Positions 37,535 through 50,339 of a stretch of DNA of 52,614 nucleotides are shown piece after piece. This DNA comes from Chiloscyllium plagiosum. Taxonomy: Eukaryota. The notes under the pieces were generated by a model, which was not told the origin of the DNA, searched no databases, and saw only the letters and a list, made by a program, of their open reading frames with translations. Each line of letters begins with the position of its first letter. The first letter of the stretch is position 1. Position numbers and translations under genes: made by a program. The DNA is taken from positions 83,710,463-83,763,076 of the forward strand of contig NC_057711.1 in the NCBI RefSeq assembly GCF_004010195.1. The letters run 5' to 3'.

Positions 37535-38835
37535 TAGACAATAGACAATAGGTGCAAGAGTAGGCCATTCTGCCCTTCGAGCCAGAACCACCATTCATTA
37601 TGATCATGGCTAATCATTCTCAATCAGTATCCTGTTCCTGCCTTATCCCCATAACCCTTGATTCCACTATCCTTAAGAGCTCTATCCAACTCTTTCTTGA
37701 AAGTATCCAGAGACTTGGCCTCCACAGCCTTCTGGGGCAGAGCATTCCATATACCCACCACTCTCTGGGTGAAGAAGTTTCTCCTCAACTCTGTTCTAAG
37801 TGGCCTACCCCTAATACCATGTGCCCTAATTTTGCTGACTAACCTCTTATGTGGGACTTTATCAAAAGCTTTCTGAAAGTCCAGGTATACTATATCCACT
37901 GGATCTCTCTTGTCCATCTTCAGAGTTACATCCTCAAAAAATTCCATAAGATTAATCAAGCATGATTTCCCCTTCATAAATCCATGCTGACTCTGACCTA
38001 TCATGTTACAGCTATCCAGGTGTGTCGTAATTTCGTCCTTTATAATTGACTCCAGCATTTTTCCCACCACTGAGGTCAGACTAACTGGTCTATAATTCTC
38101 TGTTTTCTCTCTCCCTCCTTTCTTAAAAAGTGGGACAACATTAGCCACCCTCCAATCCGCAGAAACTGATCCTGAATCGATAGGACATTGGAAAATAATC
38201 ACCAATGCAACCACGATTTCTAGACCTACCTCCTTCAGTACCCTGGGATGCAGCCCATCAGGTCCCAGGGACTTATCAGCCTTCAGACCTAACAGTCTCT
38301 CCAACACCATTTCCTGCCTGATATAAATTCCCTTCAGTTCAGGTCCTTCAGCCACTATTACATCTGGGAGGTTGCTCGTGTCTTCCCCAGTGAAGACAGA
38401 TCTAAAGTACCAAGTCAACTTTTCTGCCATTTCTTTGTTCCCCATAATAAATTCACCTGTTTCTGTCTTCAAGGGCCTAATTTTAGTCTTAGCCATTTTT
38501 TTTCTTTTCACATACCTAAAAAAGCCTTTACTATCCTCCTTTATATTTTTGGCCAGTTTACCTTCGTACCTTATTTTTTCTTTGCGTATTTCCTTTTTAA
38601 TTATTCTCTGTTGTTCTTTAAAAGCTTCCCAGTCCTCCGATTTCCCACTCATCTTTGCTATGTTATACTTTTTTCCTTTTATCTTTATATGGTCCTTAAC
38701 TTCCCTCATCAGCCATGGCCACCCCTGCCTCCTCTTAGGATCTTTCTTCCTTTTTGGAATGAACTGATCCTGCAGCTTCTGCATTATACACAGAAATATC
38801 CGCCATTGTTGTTCCACTGCCATCCCTGCTAGGGC
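37535..38835 (-). mobile_element. Young CR1 with an in-frame internal deletion (399-aa ORF at 37624-38823)
   Basis: GPDGLHP, NYRPVSLTS, YLDFQKAFDKV fused directly to RRNFFTQRVV; tail CTATTGTCTATTGTCT. Confidence 0.92.
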
Positions 38836-40796
38836 TGTTTAGTGTTAATGGAAGCAGAATGTGGGTCTCATGATCAAGGTGAGTACAGAAAGACCATTAG
38901 GAGAAATAGGGGAGAAAATATTAACTTACTTGAGCTGGGCTAGGGAGGAGAGTTTGGGTAAGTTTGGTTTGATGATCCGAAGCACAGAATGAAGCTGCAG
39001 AGGCAACTGAACAAGTCATTTCAATCTTGATAAGCAAAGAAATCCATGACTTACTTGCAATTATTACTGGAAGTGAGGGTGGATAAAGCAGAGTGTAGAG
39101 GATAAAATAAATGCTTTGCTCTTCGGAGTAATCCAGGAGTTGTGACAAGTATTGGTAGAGAACAAAGAAAGAAATAAATACTTTAGTTTAACTAATTGCC
39201 TCAGCCTTTCAGAGTACTAGTGCAGTTCATCTCAACTGTTTTCATTGTTGTAAGGAGATGAATAGCAAAATAGTGGTCTACCTTACCACATAAAATTCCT
39301 TGTTACTAAACATTTTCCTAATTTTCTGACATATCATTGTTATTGGTCCTAAAACTGGCTCACTTCATACCAATCAAAATGGAATGAGCTCTTACTGAGG
39401 CTCCAGGTGACATTATAAAATAACATTAAAAAATTGAAATGCTCATCATCCAACTAGCCATTTCCAGGTTTGTGCCCTAAAAGAATTAAGGAAGCGCTTT
39501 ACACATAGCTCTAGCCTTTATGAGCTTTAATTGCATGCTATTTCCTGCCCTTTCACTAATAGTGAGCTTCCACTGATGAATCCAGTCAGGACTGGGGAGT
39601 TGACTGTATATAATTGATGAGGTTAACCTTGCTTCAGCGCCAGGACTGAAAAGCTTATTGCTGTTTGCCTGAAACATGCAGTTACACTGAACCCTGTCCT
39701 TTTTTGAAGTTTATTAAAGAAATAAGATTAAATGTTACTTTTAGAACCAGGATTATTACTGCACACACTGTGATGCAAATCCACTGATTAATTGTGATCC
39801 CACTATCTCCATTCAGTAGGATACCCTTTGATTAACACCTGTATGCAGCTGTAGATTAAGGCAAAGGTTGAAACTGTAGAAAACGTCTATTAAATGGTAA
39901 CTGATGCCAAGCTTGTGTTTTCAGAGACTGGATTGGAGCAGAACAGAAACTGTGGGACATATGCTCTAAAAGGGTTAAGACTTGATTGAGTGCAGTATGC
40001 ACCACCTACTGTGATGATCTCACAGGGACTTGGTCAGAGTAAGTTAGTCAAAGGCAAAACTTATGTTGGTGTGCTTCTAATATTCTCTATACTAATATAA
40101 ATCATATTTGTGTAATTTGTAATTAGTTGCATTAAAACCATAAATTTCCTGTTAATATTCATCAAGTCTGTTTGTTAGGCCAGAAAGCTAACTGTCCTTA
40201 TTCATGTTTCACCAGTTCAGGCTTGAAGGAATCCACACACACAGATATGAAAGCATCACAGTTTAGAACATAGCTATAGTCACAAATAAAATAGTATTAA
40301 GAATACTGAAGGCCTACCTAGAAATGTCCTACCAACATCCAATGCACTCAAATTAAGTATTGGTCTTGGCAATAAATATGAAGACTTTTAGATTCAGTGG
40401 ATCTCATTGTTGTTGGAAATCCCAAGACTGAAAACAGTGGAACAGGTCTTTCAAACCCCTCATCTTCCTGATATGAAACCATGTTGTATTTCTTCATACT
40501 AAGGATCAAACACCTGGAACTCCATCCTAAATTACAATAAGGATGTACTTACACTTGTCAGACATGGACAGTTGCAAAAGAGCATTCACCACCATCTTGT
40601 TAATGTCAATTAGTGATTGGCAATAGATCTCAGCTTTGCTAGTGGTGCACTCATTCTATGCAATTCTAGGTATCACCATTCTGTTGATACGATTGTGGCA
40701 GAATGACACCATAGTCACAAAAGTTCAGAACCTGATCCAAATTTTAAGGAAGAGTCAGTATATAGTTGGGGGCAACTGGTCCAGATCTGATCAACT

Positions 40797-40986
40797 AGGC
40801 AAAAGTGAGGACTACAGATGCTGGAAATCAGAGTCTACATTAGAGTGGTGCTGGAAAAGTACAGCCAGTCAGGCAGTATCCGTGGAGCAGGACCTGATGA
40901 AGGGCTTTTGCCCGAAATGTCGATTTTTCTGCTCCTTGGATGCTGCCTGACCGGCTGTGCTTTTCCAGCACCCTTCTTATGTATAC
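40797..40986. mobile_element. Fold-back Penelope-like pseudo-LTR insertion
   Basis: TSD CCAGATCT(G/C)ATCAA at 40781-40794 and 40987-41000; core CTGATGAAGGGCTTTTGCCCGAAA at 40894. Confidence 0.85.
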
Positions 40987-42079
40987 CCAGATCTCATCAA
41001 GTCAATCAATACTGGTTCTTGAACAGTGGTCTGGCAAATTTGATTAGCATGTGTCAGTCCAATGCAGGAGAGCTTCAACTTTGGGAGAGGTAATCAGTCT
41101 TAAGGACATTTTCTGATGAAGTTCTAAGATTTTTACTGCTGGCTATCTCTCCATGAATTCTTACAATCTAGAGCTCTTGACTCAGGACAAGCTATCAGAA
41201 AACCTCTTTACTTGTCCCCATAAGCTATATTTTATTCCAAGTTCTGCCCCCTGTTAAGTGATCTTCCCAAACCCTGTTCTAGCACGCAAATTGAATTTTA
41301 GTGCCTCAGCCTCTTACTTCCATCCAGCTAAAAATGCATTCACAATGAAGAGTCCTTTAAGCTAGATTTCTATGATAAAATGCGACAACAGATTGATCTC
41401 CCCATCCAAACAACTGGACCAGACAAAAAATATTTCCTTGCTTGAAGCTGATTTGTTTTTGACAGGTGAGCTGTTAGTACAGCTTATATGCTGTGGATTG
41501 GCTAAATGTGTGAGGATAGGGCAGAAAGAAATTGCACTGAGCAAAAGTTCAGCTATTCTGACGTGATTTCAGAGCAACCTGAACAGTTTAAAGGGTTATT
41601 GTTTGATCACAGGCACGCATAATTTGCTTAAATTCATTTTACAAAAGTCAAATCAGCTAAAAGACCAAGAGCTAGAAGATGCCACAGATTTTCAGATGTA
41701 ATATTAGATATCCAGGAAAAGACAATCAATAAGATGAGGAGCCTTTCACAAAGTATTCCAGCAAAAGTGCAACAAATCATGGAGGAGGAAAACATCAATG
41801 TGTTTACATTTGGCAACAATGTAGGGAGAAGTGTAATGACCTGGTGATGTTAGCTATGTTTAACTCCTGATGCTGATATTAAATCTGGCCCATATGAAAC
41901 CCCCATACTCAAAGGTTTTCTCTTTCCTGGTTGCTATCACCAAATCATAGTTTCACACCTCACATTACTTCCTTCTGTTGCTATTTCCAGTCTCTACAGG
42001 TTTTATTAGCCTCACAACTACTTCCCATACATTTTCCATGACAACACGGATGTTGTCATGTACTGTGCTATCAGCAGCA

Positions 42080-42895
42080 CCTAGTCAGCAATAACCTGCT
42101 CAGTGATGCCAAATTCAGCTTCTGCTAGGACCACTCAGCTCCTAACCTCATTACAATCCAAGTTCAAACATGGACAAAAGAGCAGAATTCCAGAGGTTAG
42201 GGGACAGTGACAGCCCTTGACCTCAAGGCTACATTTGACCAAGTGTGGCATCGAGGAGCCCTAGCAAAACTGGAATCAATGGGAATCATGGGGCAATCTC
42301 TTGGAGTCATACCTGACACATAGGAAGATTGTCTTGGTTGTTGGAGGTCAGTCATCTCAGCTCCAGGGTATCGCTGCAGGAATTCCTCATGATAGTGACA
42401 GGGCCAACTATCTTAAGCTTCTTCATCAATGATCTTCCCTCCATCATAAGGTCAGAAATGGAAAGGCTTGCTGATGATTGCACAATGTTCAGCATCATTT
42501 AATACTCCTCAGTTACTGAAGTAGTCTGTGTTCAAATACAGCAAGATCTGGACAATGTCCAGGTTTGGGCTGATAAGTGACAAATAACATACATGTCACA
42601 CAAATGCCAGGCAATTACCATCTCCAATTAGAGATAACATAGCCACTATCACTGAATCCTCCATTATCAACATCCTTGGGATTTCCATTGACCCGAAACT
42701 CAACTGGACTCACCATATAAGTACAGTGACTATAAAAGCACGTCAGAGGTGAGGAATATTGCAGTGAGTAATTTACCTCCTGACTCCCCAAGGCCTGTCC
42801 ATCATTTACAAGGCACACATTAGGAATGTGATAGAATACTCCCCACTTGCCTGAATGGGTCCAGCTCCAACAACACTCAAGAAGCTGACACCCAT
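42080..42895 (+). mobile_element. Older CR1/L2-type family, RT core fragment
   Basis: ALDLKATFDQVWH, FINDLP, LADDCT, QQDLD motifs; frameshifted. Confidence 0.8.
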
Positions 42896-43189
42896 ACCCT
42901 AAACATAGATTATTAATTTCAGGAGATACAAAAGAGAAGAATAACATTAAATGGTTAAAAAGTAAATGCTACTGTTATAATAATTACTTTCTTCTTAAAT
43001 GTTACTTTCTTGTGAGAAGATCTTGTCTTTTCCATGAGACGAGTAGAGTATTTGGGAACCATATAATGGCATCCAAATGTACAGTAACATGTAACTAATA
43101 GCTTTAACTTAAGAAGCTAAAGACTTATGGTGGGAGAGCTCTGATGGAAGATAAATTTCTTAGCATATTCGTACCCCTTTATTCTTAAC

Positions 43190-43430
43190 ATTCATAGAAT
43201 AGAATCCTTACAGTGTGGAAAGAAGCCTTTCAGCCTATTGAGTCTGCACCAACACTCTGAAGAAAATTGCAGCCAAATCCTGTCCTATTTGTGTAACTCT
43301 GCATTTATGTAATCCAACTAGCGTGCACGCCCTGGATGCTACAGACAATTTAGCATGGCCAATCCACCCAACCTGGACAGTGGGAGAAAACCAGACCACC
43401 TGGTGGAAACCCACACAGACACCGGGAAAA
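43190..43430 (-). mobile_element. 5'-truncated HE1-like SINE
   Basis: AATTTAGCATGGCCAATCCAC...GGAAACCCACACAGACAC matches the 27085 copy. Confidence 0.75.
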
Positions 43431-43509
43431 TCAGGAAACAGTATAATATGAATTATACAGCGCTGGTTTACGCTGCTGTATAATTCATATTATACTGTTT
43501 CCTGATTTT
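43427..43509. repeat. Perfect 35-bp inverted repeat with a 13-nt loop
   Basis: 43427-43461 is the exact reverse complement of 43475-43509. Confidence 0.95.
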
Positions 43510-44983
43510 ATCTAATTTATGTTAAAAGCTCCAGAGTTGCAACTGCTTGAAAGGGATTTGATTTGGTATTGCTGCTTGTGAATGGTGAACTTTTTAACTC
43601 AACCATTATGACAAAAATAGACATTTCTAAGCTATTAGCCATGCTTACAAAAACTGAGTCTATCCCAGGTTTAGGATGAATTCTGGTGGCTTGTCCATTA
43701 AGATAAAAGCCTTCAGTCTTCAGAGACTGTCTGGAATGCCATTATGATTGATATAAATATCCATTATCACTGCATAGTTAAGCAACATTTCTTTACTATA
43801 ATTCATAGAATTTGTATGGGTCCTTTATTAATTATACTTAGTTATCTTACTAAATGATCAATTGTCCAACTGCATTATCATGTGTTTGTAAATCGTTTTT
43901 AATTGAGCAACTCTTGCCCAGGAGCTACATGGCCTCTGAAGGAATCAAAATGGCAAGCAGGATGCACATGCAAACTTTTGAACAGAAGTGTCCCACATAC
44001 TAATTTGATCAAAGATAATAATCTACTTCAGCTCTCTTGCAACAAAATAGGTTTGCCCTAAGGTAGGAGGTACTAGTGTAAACAAACCCAAAATGTAACC
44101 TACACAAAAACAGTTAAGTTCTCATCACCATCATGCTCTTTGGAAGGTCAGTACAGACTCTTTGGGCTGAATGGCCTGCTTCCACGTTGTAGGAATTCTA
44201 TGATTTCTAAGATCACAATCCCTCTAACAGCCCAAATATTCTGACCCAGGTCCCTTATCCTCTATCTCACCTACACTGAGATCTGAACACTATGTCTTTC
44301 CAAAGTTCTAAAGCTTGAACCTCTGGCATGAACCAAATTGCCATTGTAATTCCCATATTGTGAACTGCTTGAGTCTCAGTGGGTTACCTGAGGGGTATCC
44401 TCCAACAACATTAATTATATCGTTACTATTCTGTCAGGGCTTGTTACAATTTTATAAAGAAATCCTTAAAGTCAGGAATTAATTAATTTCACATTTTTAA
44501 ACAAAAGCAAACCTTATAGAATACAAAAATAAATTAAACAAAGCAAGCATCATTACCTTATACTGTAATTTATGAAGATGTATGTTTAAAAAGACATACC
44601 AACTCAGTCTTATTTAATACATCCATTCCACCACCTACCCACAAGAGTTCCCTTATCTTACAAACTCTTAAAGGTTAATTTTCTTGTTTACGGACCAACT
44701 GAATGGTATGCCACTGATCTCCAGAAGATACTTGGATTTTTCTTCAACATTTCTCTGAGGTACAATTCCATGGGAGTATTTCCTTTAGCTTTGCAGCTAT
44801 TCAAATTTTCTTTACAGAACTCATGACTGTGAAGTCTTCAGTTCCTTGTCCTGGCTACAGACATGCATGAATTACTTTATTCCAGCATGCTTCCACAGCT
44901 TTTGCTTTCCCAAGCTAACTATTGAAGCTGCTTTTTACAAAAGGTGCTGTAAGGATCAATATGGACGTCTTCCTCTTGGTTCA

Positions 44984-45174
44984 GACACAAAAAAAAACTG
45001 CAGATGCTGGACTCCAAAGCAGACAAGCAGGAGGCTGAAAGAACACAGCAAGTTAGGCAGCATCACGAGGTGGCGAAGTCGACATTTCGGGTGTAACCAA
45101 CACTCGAAATGTTGACTCCTCCACTTCCTGATGCTGCCTGGCTTGCTGTGTTCTTCCAGCCTCCTGCCCGTCTA
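44984..45174. mobile_element. Fold-back Penelope-like insertion, another subfamily
   Basis: Inverted arms around ~45097; TSD CTTCCTCT(TG/CA)GTTCA at 44969-44983 and 45175-45189. Confidence 0.78.
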
Positions 45175-45419
45175 CTTCCTCTCAGTTCAAGCTAGGTAAA
45201 TCTTCCAGCTTCGTTACTGTTCATGAATTTCAAATTGAGCTCAAGTCTCCATCCACATTCTACATGATGAACAATAAAGATAGTATGTTCTTTGCTCAAT
45301 GCAGTGCTAATCAACATTTGCTTCCTTTGTCTTTCCTACAGTGAGGTGCAACCCACACAAAACCAGTTCTAAAACTATCTCTGTCTGTTTCTAAATTGAA
45401 CTGCCTGTTTCTGTCAGCA

Positions 45420-47505
45420 AACACTGAAAAATTAAACAGGGTACATAAAAGGTATCCCAGTATGTTGCCTGGTATGGGGGATTTTAGCTATGAAGAAAGA
45501 TTGGATAAACTGAGTTTGCTTCCATTGGAACGCAGCAAGTTGAGGGGTGACCTGATAGAAGTTTATAAGGTTGTGAATGGCATGGATAGAGTGAAAAGTA
45601 TGAGGCATTTTCCCAGGATGGAGATGTCAATTACTAAGGGATACAGGTTCAAGGTGCAGAGGGGGAATTTTAAAAGAAATGTGTGAGGAAGGTTTTTCAC
45701 ACAAAAGGTGGTGAGTGCCTGGAATGTGCTGTCAGAGGAGGTGGTGGAAACAGACACAATAGCAGCATTCAAGAAGCACCTGGACGAATACATGAATAGG
45801 AGGGGATTAAAAGGATATGGATGTACATGTATTTGGAAAGGCAAGGACTGATTCGGGATAGACAACATGGCTTTGTGCGTGGGAAATCATGTCTCACAAA
45901 CTTGATTGAGTTATTTGAAGAAGTAACAAAGAAGATTGATAAGGGGAGAGCAGTAGATGTGATCTATTTGGACTTCAGTAAGGCGTTTGACAAGTTTCCC
46001 CATGGGAGACTGATTAGCAAGGTTAGATCTCATGGATTACAGGGAGAACTAGCTATTTGGATACAGAACTGGCTCAAAGGTAGAAGACAGAGGGTGGTGG
46101 TAGAGGGTTGTTTTTCAGACTTGAGGCCTGTGACCAATGGNNNNNNNNNNNNNNNNNNNNNNNNNNNNNNNNNNNNNNNNNNNNNNNNNNNNNNNNNNNN
46201 NNNNNNNNNNNNNNNNNNNNNNNNNNNNNNNNNNNNNNNNNNNNNNNNNNNNNNNNNNNNNNNNNNNNNNNNNNNNNNNNNNNNNNNNNNNNNNNNNNNN
46301 NNNNNNNNNNNNNNNNNNNNNNNNNNNNNNNNNNNNNNNNNNNNNNNNNNNNNNNNNNNNNNNNNNNNNNNNNNNNNNNNNNNNNNNNNNNNNNNNNNNN
46401 NNNNNNNNNNNNNNNNNNNNNNNNNNNNNNNNNNNNNNNNNNNNNNNNNNNNNNNNNNNNNNNNNNNNNNNNNNNNNNNNNNNNNNNNNNNNNNNNNNNN
46501 NNNNNNNNNNNNNNNNNNNNNNNNNNNNNNNNNNNNNNNNNNNNNNNNNNNNNNNNNNNNNNNNNNNNNNNNNNNNNNNNNNNNNNNNNNNNNNNNNNNN
46601 NNNNNNNNNNNNNNNNNNNNNNNNNNNNNNNNNNNNNNNNNNNNNNNNNNNNNNNNNNNNNNNNNNNNNNNNNNNNNNNNNNNNNNNNNNNNNNNNNNNN
46701 NNNNNNNNNNNNNNNNNNNNNNNNNCAGGTAGATAGGATAGTGAAGAAGGCGTTTGGTATGCTTTCCTTTATTGGTCAGAGTATTGAGTACAAGAGTTGG
46801 GAGGTCATTTTGCAGTTGTACAGGACATTGGTTAGGCCACTGTTGGAATATTGCATGCAAATCTGGTCTCCTTCCTATCGGAAAGATGTTGTGAAACTTG
46901 AAAGTGTTCAGAAAAGATTTACAAGAATGTTGCCAGGGTTGGAGGATCTGAGCTACAGGGAGAGGGTGAACAGGCTAGGGCTGTTTTCCCGGGAGCGTCG
47001 GAGGCTGAGGGGTGACCGTACAGAGGTTTACAAAATTATGAGAGGCATGGATAGGATAGGCAAAGTCTTTTTCCTGGGTTCAGGGAGTCCAGAACTAGAG
47101 GGCATAGGGTTAGGGTGAGAGGGGAAAGATATAAAAGAGACCTAAGGGGCAACTTTTTCACGTAGAGGGTGGTACGTATACGGAATGAGCTGCCAGAGGA
47201 TGTGGTGGAGGCTGGTACAATTGCAACATTTAAGAGGCATTTGGATGGGTATATGAATAGGAAGAGTTTGGAGGGATATGGGCCGGATGCTGGCAGGTGG
47301 GACTAGATTGGGTTGGGATATCTGGTCGGCATGGACAGGTTGAACCGAAGGATCTGTTTTCATGCTGTACTCTCTACGACTCTATGACTGTATGATATGG
47401 ATCCTGTAAATGAAGCCAGTTTTAATATGGAAGGGCAAAACATGTCAGCACAGGCTTGTAGGGCTGAAGGGCCTGTTCCTGTACTGTATTGTTCTTTGTT
47501 CTTTC
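45420..47505 (+). mobile_element. Older CR1 3' region (45420-45822 and 47394-47505) split by a younger CR1
   Basis: LRGDLIEVYK...FKKHLDEYMNRRGLKGYG, resuming at 47394 with a tail ending TGTTCTTTGTTC. Confidence 0.8.
45823..47393 (+). mobile_element. 5'-truncated HER1-like CR1; N gap 46141-46725
   Basis: YLDFSKAFDK, LVRPLLEYC; CTCTATGACT tail; TSD GATATGGAT at 45814-45822 and 47394-47402. Confidence 0.92.
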
Positions 47506-48139
47506 ATTGTTTGTTCTAAACAATGCTTCATGCTTAACCACCATCATCAATAATCCCACAACTAATGGATCAGATCTATATTGTGAAGTACTGCCATATC
47601 AAGACAATAGTAGTGATAGACAATTAAACCACTCACAAGAGGAGAAGGTGCCACATGTATCCCCATCCTTGCTAATGGAAGAATCCAACATATCAGTCTA
47701 AAAGACAAGGCTAAAACACTTGCAAGCATTTTCATCTAGAAATGCTGAAGGGCAATAAATGCTGGTCTAGCCAGTGACAATGACATCCCATGAATTACTA
47801 AAAAATATTTTTATGTCAATGCTTTATATTATTTTACCTTCCAGCCAGCTGTTTGATTCTACAACCCAAACATAGCATTCCCTCTCAGCCATGTGGTTGT
47901 GCTGCCATTCCAAGGGGCCAGACAATCAGTGTGCAGATGGTTTAGGAAAAGAATATTATGATTTCAATGCATCTTCAAAAAACTTTAAGTTCTAAATTCC
48001 TCCTTCTTAATATAGTTGATTAAATCCTTGCAGACAGTTTTAGAATGATCTATCAACACTTATTAAACTGTGTACTTCCTCCATCATTAAAAAAAGACCT
48101 GAAATTAGGTTGGCGATTGATTGCTACTCATTATTTGAT

Positions 48140-48760
48140 GATTGGTTAGTTGGTTTATTGTCACGTATACCACAGTACAGTGAAAAGCTTTGTTTATGAG
48201 CAGTACAGACAGGTCACAGTAAGTAAGGATCAAAGATTGTAAAAACTTCGAGGGGTGGTTACATAGTACAGGGCATATGCTAGGCATAATCAACATTAGC
48301 AAGATCAGAATTATTTGAGGCTAGAGACTCCATTCATCAGTATAATAATGGCTGGGAAGAAGCTGCTCCTGGACCTGCTGGTGCATGTGTTCAAGCTTTT
48401 GTATCTTCTGCCTGACAGAAGAGGTTGTAGGAAATGATTACCGGATTGTCATGGGTCTTTGATGATATTGGTAGACTTTCCATGGCAATGAGCTGTGTAA
48501 ATGGAGTCCATGGTTGGGAGGTTGGCTTCCATGATGGTCTGGGCTGTGCACACGACCTTCTATAGTTACTTACAGTTCTGAGCAGAGCAGTTGTCATACC
48601 AGGCCGTTATGCACCATACATTACGCTTTCAATGGTGCATCTGTGGAAGTTAGTGAGGGTTCCTATGGACATGCCAAATTTCCTGGGCTGCTTGAGGAAG
48701 AAAAGGCATTGTTGTGCCTTCTTGGTTGCCATATCTACATGGGAAGTCGAAGACAGGTTA
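48140..48760 (-). mobile_element. Rex1/Babar-like LINE 3' fragment
   Basis: Minus-strand QQCLFFLKQPRKFG and RYKSLNTCTSR-type motifs. Confidence 0.72.
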
Positions 48761-50339
48761 TTAGTTACCCTATCTTTGACAAGGAAGTGCAGACAATGAT
48801 TTCTTTCAAAAGGGTGGCTACTAAGACCAAGCCAACTTAAGAATCACTTTCTTAGCTCAGATCACATTCCTGGATATAGCTCTTTATATTTTGTATATGT
48901 CATTTTAGTTGTCTCCAAATGTTTAGCTTCTAGTTTTAACTCTCCTGGACTCTAGGACTGGACGTCCCTAACCGTCCTCCCCTTCCTGGTACCAACCTAT
49001 GCACATTGAAACATGGAACAACCTCCTGGCCTTCTCTGGATTGCTCCTCATTCAAATGAAAGCTTCGTCAAAACTCAACAGCAAGTGAGAGGATTTTGAT
49101 TTCCTCTATAATCACCAAACCGTATCACCGTGCCCTTTCTGTACTCTTCATCATGTGACTCCAAACTCACCTTCAGAGGTGACCCAGTAAACAACTCAGT
49201 TCTGTCATTACTGCTACAAAAAAGCAAAAAGCAATTAAATCTCAGAAACTTGTCAACTCTGCAGTCCTTCTTGCTGACCTTTGTGGATTTTAATAGTGCC
49301 CTCTTATGGTTATTTGTGTATGTATATGAACTAAACCGTTTAAACTGCTTTCACTTTTTTTTACCAGTTTCCATGCTGTACACACATGTGCTTTTGCCCT
49401 ATAATGCTATCATAAGGCATTTTGCCAAACCGAGAGCTGTTCCATTGACTAGTCAAACAACAATCTGATATAGTCATACTCCTGGGTCAAAATCCTGGAA
49501 TATCTTTCCAAGTGGCACTGTATGTCTAACTACAGCAAATGGACTGTAGCAGTTCAAGAGGGCAGCTCATGACCATCTTCTCAAGGGCAACCAGGGATGG
49601 CTCAAACACCAATACCCATGTTCCACAAATGAATTAAAAACAAAACATCCCAGATGCTTCCATTACCATCCCAAGCAAAATGGACCCACCAGAGGTGGCA
49701 GCCCAGTGGAATATAGTTGTTCTGGGAATCCTCAAATTTGATTCTGGGTCACATGAAGTCTCATGATATCAGGTCAAATATGGGCAAGAAAACTGTTCAT
49801 TGATTACCCACTTCTCTCTTCAAACAGCACCTGCTTCTCCTGTGACATGGTTAGTGAATCCAACACTGCATTGTCACCTCAGAACCACAACTCCAGAATC
49901 ATTCTCTGTTTTGAGTGACAGCCTAAGGAGAAGGAGGTAGTAATCATCACCACACAATCCTTATGAAGACATAGTCCTGCCACCATCATATTCTGACATT
50001 ACTGACATGTAATATGTATAGATTCAAAACAGGTCAAGCAGCTCCAAACTGGTTATTCAAAAAGGATTATGAGTTAATAGTGAATTTGGATTCAATCCCA
50101 ATCTGTTATCTTATGGTCTGACATATCTACCGTACCATCAAACCTGGGGGTCAACCCTTGTTCACTAAGGAGCATGGGAGGACATGCCTAAAAATGAGAT
50201 GTCATTCTGGTGAAACTACAACACAAGGCTACTTTAACAGCATGCAAAGGACAGGGCAAAGGAATCAACATTTAACTTAGTCTGGTATGAAAGCTCCTGA
50301 GCAATGGCAATTGTATGGAAAACGTTCCACTGAAACTGA

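Noticed and set aside
42037..42060. 10-bp stem hairpin CATGACAACA-CGGA-TGTTGTCATG with X-box half-sites
   Set aside because: Short, isolated and plausible by chance
1088..47118. Long ORFs full of X (1088-1882, 18382-19006, 26001-26552, 45821-47118)
   Set aside because: Their length comes from reading through N gaps. The real parts are LINE remnants.
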